From: an uncultured Clostridia bacterium
GTDB lineage: Bacteria; Bacillota; Clostridia; TANB77; CAG-508
Length of the DNA: 64,000 bases
Reading direction: 5' to 3'
NCBI GenBank assembly: GCA_949745595.1
Contig: CATJWN010000049.1
Location: 4,991 to 68,990 of the forward strand
Position numbers and translations under genes: made by a program. The notes below the pieces were generated by a model. The model did not search any database. It was not told where the DNA came from and saw only the letters and a list, made by a program, of their open reading frames with translations. Within the stretch, counting starts at the first letter, position 1, and each line of letters starts with the position of its first letter. Of this stretch, positions 9,425-18,263 are shown in pieces.

Positions 9425-12400
9425 TTATAGAATGTACCCATCTACTTTTGCTCTATGGTATAATAGTAATCTTACATCTACTACTGTCACTTCTCCATCT
9501 TTGTCAATATCTGCTGCTGTTAAGAATGCTCCTGATAGGTCTGTTAATTTTGCTCTATAAGCTTTTATTAATGAACTATCTTCTGCATCTGCAATTCCGT
9601 CTCCGTTTACGTCACCTTTTACTATTAATTCAAAAGTATCTACTACTTTTCCATCCTTTGAGATAACTACTAAATCAGTTGTTGCAACTTTAGCAGTATC
9701 TGCTATTTTATTTCCATTTCTCTTAACTTCCGCTGTATATCCTGAATCTTTTAATAATTTTGCTATAAATTCTGTAACTGTTGTATCAGGAGATATACCT
9801 AAAAGTTCTGTTCCATCTTCTGAAACATCATATCCATATTCTATTCCTGATGGTGTTGGTGGATTTGGATTATCTGGCTTATCAGGATCTGGTTGATCAG
9901 GATTTACAGGTGGATTTGGGTTATCTGGTTCTTGTCCATCTGGTAATTTAACTGTTATTGCTAAGCTTCCAGATCTGTTTGGATCTGTAACTGATGTTGC
10001 TGTTACTACTAATGCACCAGATGTTTCATTTTCCCCTACTGTTAAAATTCCTTGGTCTGAAATCTTTGTGTTAACACTTGTATTTCCTGCTACTGCCCAT
10101 GTAACTGCTTGGTCTGAATCCTTTAAGTTTGAACCTTCAACTGTTGCTGATAAACTAATTGCTTTTCCTGGCTCTACTTCTGGACTAGTTGCTGTAACTG
10201 TTACTGAAGTTACAACTTTTTCAAGTTCTGGTTCTACTACTGCAACTACTTTTACTGCTTCCATTCTATTGTTAATTGCTGATGTAGCTTTAATTGTCAA
10301 TGTTTCTGCTGTTTCGTTAGCACCTACAACTAAAAGTCCTGTTTCTGAAATACCTGTACCTGTACTTGTATTTCCTTCTACTGTCCAGATAACTCTTGTA
10401 TCTTCTACATTGTCACCTTCAACTTTAGCTGTGAATTTTTGTGTGCTTCCTCTTGCAACACTTGTAATTTCTTCTTCTACGATTTTAATTCCTGTAACAC
10501 CCATTCTTCTTACAGAATAGTTAATTGTACATTTTGAGTTAATACCCATTGATGTTGTTATATCTTCTGGGTAACCGTTTTTTGCTATAACTGTTACTTC
10601 TGCTGTAAAGTCACCCTCTTCATATACTGGTATATATGCTACTCCACCAGTTGCTTTTATTGAACCTTTAGAACTTGTTGTTCCAAATGCTGTTCTTGTA
10701 GCATCAATATATTCTAATTGAGCAAATATTGGTGGTAATTCAATTTCATGTACTCTTACACCTGATCTAAATTCAATTGGATCTTCGATGTTTATTACTA
10801 ATTCTTGTCTACTTAAGTCAATATTTAAAGTATCTTCTCTTGCAAAATATCTTGTTGGATCTCCTCCAGAAGTTATTTCGTAATCATTTATAATTCTTGT
10901 AATGTCTGAATATCTATTTCCTGCTAAAATTATATCTTCTAATTTTGGCATTTTCTTTAATGATAAATTAAATGAACCTTCTAATAAGTTATCAGATACA
11001 TCTAAATATCTTAAATTTGTTAACACTTGTAATGGTGAAATATCGTTAATAAAATTGTATGATAAGTCTAGTTTCTTTAATGCTGTCATTGTTGCCCAAT
11101 CTACACATTCGATATCTCCTGTTACAAAGTTATGTCCTGCATATAATTCCTTCATATGTGTTAATGTTGATAATGAATATTCCTCTGTTGTTTCTGTTCC
11201 ATCAGAAGATATTATTGTTAATTTTGTTGGTCCTAAAGATTCGATTTCGTTATTTCTTACGTCGATCCTCTTTAATGCTGCCATTTCAATATATCTATCT
11301 GTTTCATCAACTGCTGTGAATTTATTTGCTAAGCTCATAAGTTGCATAAAGAAGAATATTCCTTTATCGCTTTCTTTTGAACCTGACATAATTTCTGTTA
11401 AGTATATTTCAGATGGATATGTTTCTCCAGCTGAACTTGCTTCTGTTGTTTTGTAGTCTAATCCAACTACATTATAATATGCACCTTGGCATTTATAAAA
11501 ATCTGAACCACTATATGTTAATTTATCTTCAATATATTTTGTAAATATATCATTTAATACTCCAGAATATTTTGTTGAACCTTTATTGTCTTTTACTTTA
11601 TAATATAATGCTTCTACTAATTCTGAATCGATTCCTTCATATTCGTAATTTTCATATACTTTTCTTAAATAATCTGCTGCAAAACAGGCTGTTGTTCCTA
11701 CATCTTTATTCATTCTTTCAATTAAGCAATAATTTGCTGCTCCACTATATAAGCCAATTTCCATAAATTGCATATTCATTTGTACCCATGTTGATCTTCC
11801 AACATCTACTTCTTCATATGCTTTTATTAATTCATTTAATGCATAAGAAACTGGATATTCTTGTTCTTCTGATAAAACAAGGTCAAATGCTTCTATTAAT
11901 AAATCTCTTTCTAATGAAGATAAAGCTCCTGATTTTTCATAAGTTGCGATTCTTGATGCTTGTTCTTTTGCTATACCTTTTGCTCCATCTTTTGTAGAAC
12001 TTTTATCTTTGTAATCTAAATATTCTTCTTCTGTTTGATAATTTAATGTAGGTATTGTAAATGATGTCAATTTGTATTCTTTATTGAATACTCTATACAT
12101 ATTTGCAAGTCTTACATATAGTGGATATAAATTTGAATTTAATCCATCCTGAGGATCATTTAAAGCAATTTCTAGGTCTCCTATTAAACCTTTATCGTCC
12201 TCTTTTGTCTCATCACCATATATTGTTTTTATTGCTGATTGAATTGCTTTTACTGCATTTGTATATTCTGATGATGTTGTATCTGTTATTGTAGCAATTA
12301 CTTTATTTTGTTCATTAATTTTTGCAATTTGATCTTCTATTGATTTCTTTGTAGAAAGTAATTTATTGTAAGCAGTTATAATCTTATTTTTAGCTGATGC

Positions 12401-13933
12401 CATCGCTGCTTTTTTCTCTCCGAACAAAGCCTTTAATGACCCATTTCTTGATTGTTTATTTAATTCTAATGCATAAATATATGCTAAACTATCAATATAG
12501 TTAAATGAAACATTTAAGTTTGACTCTAACCCTACGAAATTCTCAATTCCTGCTAGGTTACGTATTTGTTTATCATTTAATATCAAAGAAGTAATTTTAT
12601 TTACAATATCTAAATCTGTAATTACAAATGCTTGTGCTTCGTCCCAAGCATCTATATATAAGTTACGACATTCTGAATTTATATGTGGTACTTTTACTCT
12701 ACGTTTGTATGTAACATTACCATTATCGTCAATTATCTCATCAGTTATAACTTGATATTCAACTTCATATACTTCTGATGTTCTTAAGTCAGTAATATAT
12801 CCACTACCACTAGCACCAGAAAATCCTGTTAATCTATAAAGTTCTGTACCATTAATTGATAATGTTGCAACTCCAGCACTTGCTGTATAATCGCATAAGT
12901 CATATGCAACATCTCCACCGCTTGTCGTTCCATATCTATAACTTAATAACTCAGTATTTATTTCTTGGTTTTTAGTTAATTGTTCTTTAATAGCTTGATA
13001 CAATCTATTATCTTTAATTATAATTCCATCTGAATCGTCTGTGTGAACAACATAGTATAATGTGAATATACTATCTTTTAATATGTTTTGTGAAGATGGG
13101 TTTGGATTATAAGCACCATTATTTCTATCTTCTATTTTAATAGTTAATTTAATCAATCCTTGAAGTGCTGTATATGAACCACTTGATTCAAGTCCAACTT
13201 GAATTTTGAAAGCAGTATCTTCTGCTGTAACTGGATTTGGTACACTTGAACCCACTATAAATGGTGCAATGCCAGAAGCACTAGAGGCTTTGCTATCATC
13301 AACAAACCAATCTGCTTTTAAATATCCTTTATTAGTAATTACTCCATTCTTAACGATACCAGCCATTTGTAAAATTTGTGGTAAAGTATATGTAGCTGTT
13401 AATAGTTCGTCCTTCGCATTTGTTTCAACATCAACTACTATTGTAGCTGTTTGACTGCTTAAGTTAACAGCATTTGAACTTTTTCCTAATAAAGAAGTAA
13501 TTAATCCTTCAATAGCACTTACATCTTTAATATTATTTGAAGAAAGATCCAAATACTCTAAATTTGCTAATCCATTTAATACTGCTAAATTACTATTTTC
13601 TGTTAATTGGTTAGCAGATAGAATTAAACTTTTAACATTAGCAAAGACTTCAATTCCTGAAACATTTGCTATTCCTCTCTCTTTTAATGAAATTTCTTCA
13701 ATACCATTAATAGTATCTGTAGACATTATAATTGTATGAGTAATGTCATCATACTTAGCTTCTATTCCTTCTCCTTGGAAATAGTTTTTTAACCCTTTGT
13801 AAAGGGCAGTATTGAAGGTTAATTCTTGAACTGTTGATGTTACGTCGTCTGCAGCATATCCTATAATAGGAAGAAAGCTACTAAGCAGCATTACTACAAC
13901 TAACGCAACTACGATTAGTGTTTTCCTTCTCAT
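9425..13933 (-). CDS. giant secreted protein with leucine-rich repeats, two Big_2-type Ig domains, a Pro/Asp/Asn linker and a C-terminal type-I dockerin
   Basis: 1502 aa from the SD-supported ATG at 13933 (GGGAGG upstream). LRR blocks LEYLDLSSNNIKDVSAIEGL and LKKLDLSYNFINDISPLQVLTNLRYLDVSDN. Big_2-like blocks ..GSTQKFTAKVEGDN..VIWTVEGN.. and ..GKAISLSATVEGSN..VTWAVAGN... Dockerin duplicated Ca-loop GDVNGDGIADAEDSSLIKAY...DIDKDGEVTVVDVRLLLYH (nt about 9440-9620). Confidence 0.75.
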   Translation of the reverse strand: MRRKTLIVVALVVVMLLSSFLPIIGYAADDVTSTVQELTFNTALYKGLKNYFQGEGIEAKYDDITHTIIMSTDTINGIEEISLKERGIANVSGIEVFANVKSLILSANQLTENSNLAVLNGLANLEYLDLSSNNIKDVSAIEGLITSLLGKSSNAVNLSSQTATIVVDVETNAKDELLTATYTLPQILQMAGIVKNGVITNKGYLKADWFVDDSKASSASGIAPFIVGSSVPNPVTAEDTAFKIQVGLESSGSYTALQGLIKLTIKIEDRNNGAYNPNPSSQNILKDSIFTLYYVVHTDDSDGIIIKDNRLYQAIKEQLTKNQEINTELLSYRYGTTSGGDVAYDLCDYTASAGVATLSINGTELYRLTGFSGASGSGYITDLRTSEVYEVEYQVITDEIIDDNGNVTYKRRVKVPHINSECRNLYIDAWDEAQAFVITDLDIVNKITSLILNDKQIRNLAGIENFVGLESNLNVSFNYIDSLAYIYALELNKQSRNGSLKALFGEKKAAMASAKNKIITAYNKLLSTKKSIEDQIAKINEQNKVIATITDTTSSEYTNAVKAIQSAIKTIYGDETKEDDKGLIGDLEIALNDPQDGLNSNLYPLYVRLANMYRVFNKEYKLTSFTIPTLNYQTEEEYLDYKDKSSTKDGAKGIAKEQASRIATYEKSGALSSLERDLLIEAFDLVLSEEQEYPVSYALNELIKAYEEVDVGRSTWVQMNMQFMEIGLYSGAANYCLIERMNKDVGTTACFAADYLRKVYENYEYEGIDSELVEALYYKVKDNKGSTKYSGVLNDIFTKYIEDKLTYSGSDFYKCQGAYYNVVGLDYKTTEASSAGETYPSEIYLTEIMSGSKESDKGIFFFMQLMSLANKFTAVDETDRYIEMAALKRIDVRNNEIESLGPTKLTIISSDGTETTEEYSLSTLTHMKELYAGHNFVTGDIECVDWATMTALKKLDLSYNFINDISPLQVLTNLRYLDVSDNLLEGSFNLSLKKMPKLEDIILAGNRYSDITRIINDYEITSGGDPTRYFAREDTLNIDLSRQELVINIEDPIEFRSGVRVHEIELPPIFAQLEYIDATRTAFGTTSSKGSIKATGGVAYIPVYEEGDFTAEVTVIAKNGYPEDITTSMGINSKCTINYSVRRMGVTGIKIVEEEITSVARGSTQKFTAKVEGDNVEDTRVIWTVEGNTSTGTGISETGLLVVGANETAETLTIKATSAINNRMEAVKVVAVVEPELEKVVTSVTVTATSPEVEPGKAISLSATVEGSNLKDSDQAVTWAVAGNTSVNTKISDQGILTVGENETSGALVVTATSVTDPNRSGSLAITVKLPDGQEPDNPNPPVNPDQPDPDKPDNPNPPTPSGIEYGYDVSEDGTELLGISPDTTVTEFIAKLLKDSGYTAEVKRNGNKIADTAKVATTDLVVISKDGKVVDTFELIVKGDVNGDGIADAEDSSLIKAYRAKLTDLSGAFLTAADIDKDGEVTVVDVRLLLYHRAKVDGYIL

Positions 13934-14039
13934 AAATAAAATCCTCCCTGAAAAATAATTCATTAGTTATATGATAGCATTTTTGATTTTTTTTTCAATA
14001 GGCGATTTTTGGGCTTTTTAGCAATCATTACCAAATCCT

Positions 14040-14100
14040 TTACGGAAGGACATTACAGCTTTTTTGGTTTATTTATATTAAATTTTTGTTACATTTTCAA
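14040..14100 (-). promoter_or_regulatory. sigma-A-type promoter plus conserved leader box upstream of the LRR/dockerin gene
   Basis: Read on the minus strand: TTGAAA (14100-14095), 17-nt spacer ATGTAACAAAAATTTAA, TATAAA (14077-14072), then 24 nt, then TTCCGTAA (14047-14040). Same architecture as at 32887-32948 and 47770-47831. Confidence 0.5.
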
Positions 14101-14173
14101 GCTTTTTATCCACTTTTTCTACGAAAATTGGGGATTGGAGGCAAAAAATAAAGTAGAAAATTTTTCAAACTTT

Positions 14174-14947
14174 CTACTCTTCTGATATTTTGAATACATT
14201 ATTTGCATTCTGATAGGTAATTTTTGCCACTTCTTCTAAATTTATCCCTTTAATCTCTGCAACTCTCTTAGCTACTAACTTTACTTTAGAAGAATCATTC
14301 CTTGTTCCTCTGAATGGCTCTGGTGTTAAATATGGACTATCTGTTTCTATTAATAATCTATCCATTGGAACTAGAGATACTGGCCCTTCTGACTTAGCAT
14401 TTTTAAAAGTTATATTACCACTAAAAGATATATAAAATCCAAGTTCCAATCCACTTTTGATAAGTTCTTGATTTAATGGACAACAGTGAAAAATACCTTT
14501 ATTTTTTACTGGATGCTCCTTTAAAATTTGTACAGTATCAATTGCTGCATCTCTAGTATGTATAACTATTGGTAAGTCTAGCCTATTTGCCATCTCTATT
14601 TGCTTTATGAAAAGCTCTTTTTGTGCTTCTTTATTTTCTTTGTTCCAATAATAGTCTAAGCCTATTTCCCCTATTGCTACAATCTTTTCTTGTTTAGCAA
14701 GCTTTTCTATTAATGCTAAATTTTCCTCCGAAAAATCTTCTATGTCATTTGGAGAAATACCTACTGTCGCAAATAAAAAACTGTTTTCTTTTGCAAGTTT
14801 TACTGCTAACTGACTTTTTTCTACATTATAGCCTACACAGGTTACCCTAGTGATCTTTTCTTCATTATATAGGTTACTTAAAATAGTTACTCGGTCTTCT
14901 TCAAACTTCTCATCATTATAATGTGCATGCGAATCAAAAAATTCCAT
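14174..14947 (-). CDS. tatD: TatD family metal-dependent hydrolase/DNase
   Basis: 257 aa. FFDSHAHY, GEIGLDYYW, VIHTRDA and ETDSPYLTPEP motifs. Confidence 0.9.
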   Translation of the reverse strand: MEFFDSHAHYNDEKFEEDRVTILSNLYNEEKITRVTCVGYNVEKSQLAVKLAKENSFLFATVGISPNDIEDFSEENLALIEKLAKQEKIVAIGEIGLDYYWNKENKEAQKELFIKQIEMANRLDLPIVIHTRDAAIDTVQILKEHPVKNKGIFHCCPLNQELIKSGLELGFYISFSGNITFKNAKSEGPVSLVPMDRLLIETDSPYLTPEPFRGTRNDSSKVKLVAKRVAEIKGINLEEVAKITYQNANNVFKISEE

Positions 14948-15319
14948 TTAGTTCTCCTTATATATAGCAATTACATTTGCAACTGCATATAATTTGCAAT
15001 GCGAAATACTAATATCAATATCTTCTAAGCTAGGGATATTAGCATTTATAAATACTTTTGGTTTCCCATTTTCGTCATTTAATACTTCAAAATCCTTCCA
15101 ATTAGATAATGTCCCATATCTAGTACTTACGGCTTTAAAAATTGCCTCTTTTGCTGCAAATCTAGCTGCATAATGCTGATATTTATGTGCTCTTCTACTT
15201 TCACAATATTCAATTTCTTTTTCTGTATAAATTGTATTTAAAAATTTATCACCGATATTTTCTATACAAGACTTGATACGTTCAATTTCGATAATATCAG
15301 TTCCACAAGAAATTTTCAT
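14948..15319 (-). CDS. acpS: holo-[acyl-carrier-protein] synthase
   Basis: 123 aa. GTDIIEIERI and AARFAAKEAIFKA motifs. Its stop abuts the tatD start. Confidence 0.85.
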   Translation of the reverse strand: MKISCGTDIIEIERIKSCIENIGDKFLNTIYTEKEIEYCESRRAHKYQHYAARFAAKEAIFKAVSTRYGTLSNWKDFEVLNDENGKPKVFINANIPSLEDIDISISHCKLYAVANVIAIYKEN

Positions 15320-15331
15320 TTTTTAAGTCCT

Positions 15332-16591
15332 TTACCCTAATAAATACATTAAAAATAGAATATTTATAGTGTTAAATATAAGTGAGAATATTAGTAAAAT
15401 AATTATTATAGAATAATAAGAATTGTTTTTTTCAATATTCAAATCTTTATAAACTATCTCATATTTTGTCTTTATTTCCTCATATAAATCATCTAATTCC
15501 AATGTCTTCTTTATAGTTTTATAATATAAGCTTCCCGTGTCATCTAAAGTTATTTCTTTCTCCCAAATTTGCTTAGTAAAATTTACAAATTTACTATGCA
15601 TTTTAGAAATAACTTCATACTCTTTAAAATCAGAATTAAGTTTCTTTAAAAACATCTTCTGATATAAAGTAAGTATATAAGTATAAAAATACTCATTTTC
15701 ATACTGATAAGGAAGTTTAGTATAATTAAAAGTATCTATACCTGAGCAAAAAATGCTTGAAGTGCCTTTTGTAAGCGACATCTTCGAATATTTAAGTTTT
15801 TCTATAATATGCAAATTTTGCTCTACATTAGTCTTATTAAAATCTGATAAATACTGTCTTGGTAATGCATTGGCATATTTGTAAAACTCATTTTCAATTT
15901 GTAGAAATTCATTTTTCTCGTTCCATTTATCACTTTCTATACAAGCATATGAATAAACCAAAAAATTTGAATTTGTAAGTTCACCTTTAGTTTTAGTTAT
16001 CTTTCTTTCGTAAACACCTGTTATCTGTGTTATAAGCTCTGATATATCTTTTATATCATTAAATATATCCGTTTGTATCTTTATATTTTCAAAATCTTTA
16101 AGTGAAGAAAACTCTGAATTAATGGTTTTGAAACGGTAATTGAAATCTAATAAATCCGAAAAGTCTTCTGTTCCTTCAATATGCGTTTTTATCGCTAAAA
16201 AACATATCCCTGTATCAAAACAAATAATTTGTATTTTTGCAATACTGAAAAATATTCCATTTTCCTCTCCCATCTTTCCTTGAATATCATCTGCTAAGTT
16301 GTAGTCAAAGCAAGCTACATGATGCTTTGCAACAATCTTACTCTTAGACTCTTTGGAAAGTTCATTAAAGTTTTTTAGCTTATCTCCTCTATATTCAAAA
16401 GTTGGAAATACATAATCTCTAATATGTGGTAGAAAATAATTATAGATGTCTAAATCCTTCTCTTTTTGAAATATCTTAAAACTACACTTCTTATCTCTAA
16501 AAAGCTTCAAGATATATTTACTATATTTAGTTTCATCTACAATATATGGATGTATAAAATACGTATATTGATATTTCGTCTTTAGTTCCAA
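15332..16591 (-). CDS. hypothetical protein with a C-terminal TM helix
   Basis: 419-aa ORF in an operon-like position. Only feature seen is a hydrophobic C-terminus YYSIIIILLIFSLIFNTINILFLMYLLG. No family recognised. Confidence 0.5.
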   Translation of the reverse strand: MELKTKYQYTYFIHPYIVDETKYSKYILKLFRDKKCSFKIFQKEKDLDIYNYFLPHIRDYVFPTFEYRGDKLKNFNELSKESKSKIVAKHHVACFDYNLADDIQGKMGEENGIFFSIAKIQIICFDTGICFLAIKTHIEGTEDFSDLLDFNYRFKTINSEFSSLKDFENIKIQTDIFNDIKDISELITQITGVYERKITKTKGELTNSNFLVYSYACIESDKWNEKNEFLQIENEFYKYANALPRQYLSDFNKTNVEQNLHIIEKLKYSKMSLTKGTSSIFCSGIDTFNYTKLPYQYENEYFYTYILTLYQKMFLKKLNSDFKEYEVISKMHSKFVNFTKQIWEKEITLDDTGSLYYKTIKKTLELDDLYEEIKTKYEIVYKDLNIEKNNSYYSIIIILLIFSLIFNTINILFLMYLLG

Positions 16592-16615
16592 GATAAATCC
16601 TTCCTTTTTCTTTTG

Positions 16616-18139
16616 TTATTTTGTATATATATTCATATATGTGTTTTCATATATATGCCAATTTTCTATAAAATTAATGTATAAATTATTGTCTAAATTT
16701 ACTTCTGGCTTTAAGCAAACTGTTCCATCCGCTTTTAAACTTCCCCAAACATCTCCTTGTTTTATTGCTACATAACCATACGTATTTTGCTCTGTCCCAT
16801 CATCATAAATACAATCTACTACTCTTTGACCTTCTTTGTTTTCATATCCGTACTTACCATTTTCTTTTACTAAGAATAAAGTATTAGTTGGCATTACTTC
16901 TTGAGGTCTTTTTTCTTCAAAATTAAAATTGTAATATTTGTAATCTCCATCTTGTCTTACTCTAATATACCCTTTTTCAGTGTTTACTTCTGAAAGAATC
17001 ACTCCTGAAAGTGCTGTTTCCGCTGACGAATTTATTACATCAGTCTTATAGTCTTCACCATCTGCTTCTATAAAATTCGGTTCTTTTCTGTAATTCATAT
17101 TGCTATAAATAAAGTCTATCTTCACCTCATTGCCTGAAGTAATTAATCCATACTTGTTTTCCTTTTTGGCAATATATGTATTCTCAAAAGCTGTGGATAA
17201 CTTTTCATACTCGCAAGGAATTATTGGGTTACCTTGTAAATCTATAACACCATATCTATCCCCAACTCTTACAACAATGCGTTCTCCATCAATTGAATCA
17301 ACTTCGTCAAAACCTGATTCTAAAACTGTTTGTCCATCCTTTTTTATAATTTTCTTTTTTCCGCCTTCAGTCACAACGAACATTTCATTACTTACTACAT
17401 TATCAATTTCGTCATATTTGCACTCTAAAATTTCTTTCTTATCAGTTGTAATAACTCCATAATATGAGTCTGTATTCTTTACGATATATCCATTTTCATA
17501 GGTAGGTCCTAAACTCTTTATTTCCGCATACTTTGCGTCTATGATAATCTCACCCATGCTGTTACTAACTAAACCACAAAGTCCATCTTTTTCCACTATA
17601 ATACTTTTTTCTATACCAGCTAAAGCATAAACTTTATCATATTCTGCAGGTACAATTTCTTTTCCAGAAAAATCTATTAAACCAATTTTTCCATCTTTTC
17701 TATATTTCAAAATTTGATTTTCATACCAAATATTATTTGCATCATAGTTTTCAATCGCTTCTACTAAATCATAATCTTTAAGAATTTCTTTTCCTTTTTT
17801 ATTTAGCACTCTTGTCTTATATTCACCAGTCTCATAATTGACGTCATAAGTGCAGATAAAGAGATCTTTAGTATTATCTGGAATAACTATCATCTCATCA
17901 TAGTTTGTCTCAATGACTATTTGCCCTTTGTTATCAATAACGCCCCATTTATTATTTACAAACACAGTAAAGTAAGTAGTCACTGTTGCAACATCTACTG
18001 GTTTCTCTTCTGGCTTCAATAAATTTTTAAGTGATACTATAAACATTACAAATACAATTATTGCAATTATCGTTGCTAACACTTTTTTTATATTTAATTT
18101 TGGCTTTGCGTCGTATCTTTTTCCTCTAGATTGGCTCAT
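16616..18139 (-). CDS. WG (KWG) repeat-containing membrane-anchored protein
   Basis: Repeats such as KWGVIDNKGQIVIETNYDEM, GKIGLIDFSGKEIVPAEYDKV, YGVIDLQGNPIIPCEYEKL and KYGYENKEGQRVVDCIYDD. N-terminal TM. Start set to the ATG at 18139 (SD GGAGGGG), not the TTG at 18163. Confidence 0.7.
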   Translation of the reverse strand: MSQSRGKRYDAKPKLNIKKVLATIIAIIVFVMFIVSLKNLLKPEEKPVDVATVTTYFTVFVNNKWGVIDNKGQIVIETNYDEMIVIPDNTKDLFICTYDVNYETGEYKTRVLNKKGKEILKDYDLVEAIENYDANNIWYENQILKYRKDGKIGLIDFSGKEIVPAEYDKVYALAGIEKSIIVEKDGLCGLVSNSMGEIIIDAKYAEIKSLGPTYENGYIVKNTDSYYGVITTDKKEILECKYDEIDNVVSNEMFVVTEGGKKKIIKKDGQTVLESGFDEVDSIDGERIVVRVGDRYGVIDLQGNPIIPCEYEKLSTAFENTYIAKKENKYGLITSGNEVKIDFIYSNMNYRKEPNFIEADGEDYKTDVINSSAETALSGVILSEVNTEKGYIRVRQDGDYKYYNFNFEEKRPQEVMPTNTLFLVKENGKYGYENKEGQRVVDCIYDDGTEQNTYGYVAIKQGDVWGSLKADGTVCLKPEVNLDNNLYINFIENWHIYENTYMNIYTK

Positions 18140-18237
18140 GTAAACCCCTCCGTAAATCTTCAATTAATTATTATTATACATTTTTAATATATCATACTTC
18201 CGTAGTAAATTACAATACTACTAAGTAAAAAATAAGC

Positions 18238-18263
18238 AAAAAAAATAGACGACTTTTCGTCTA
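18238..18263 (-). terminator. rho-independent terminator overlapping the spoIIE stop codon
   Basis: Stem TAGACGA / TCGTCTA, 4-nt loop, then an 8-nt U-tract on the minus strand. Confidence 0.65.

Noticed and set aside
10068-10520. Long plus-strand ORFs inside the minus-strand genes, e.g. 10068..10520, 10902..11456, 29648..30013, 40410..40766, 41876..42406, 52618..53226 and 18325..18882
   Set aside because: These are antisense shadow ORFs. They have S/L/F/I-rich low-complexity translations, no SD sequences, and overlap genes with strong homology-type evidence on the other strand.
14040-14047. A link between the TTACGGAA boxes (which contain CGG on the plus strand) and the CGG recoding sites
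   Set aside because: The boxes are non-coding. On the transcribed (minus) strand they read TTCCGTAA, with no CGG, and they sit in 5' leaders. The shared trinucleotide looks coincidental.
18198-18204. Extra copies of the TTCCGTA leader box at 18198-18204 and 55615-55621
   Set aside because: Both read TTCCGTA on the plus strand, which is the opposite orientation relative to the minus-strand genes. Both also lack the GTAAYAAAAATTTAATAT partner box at the fixed spacing.
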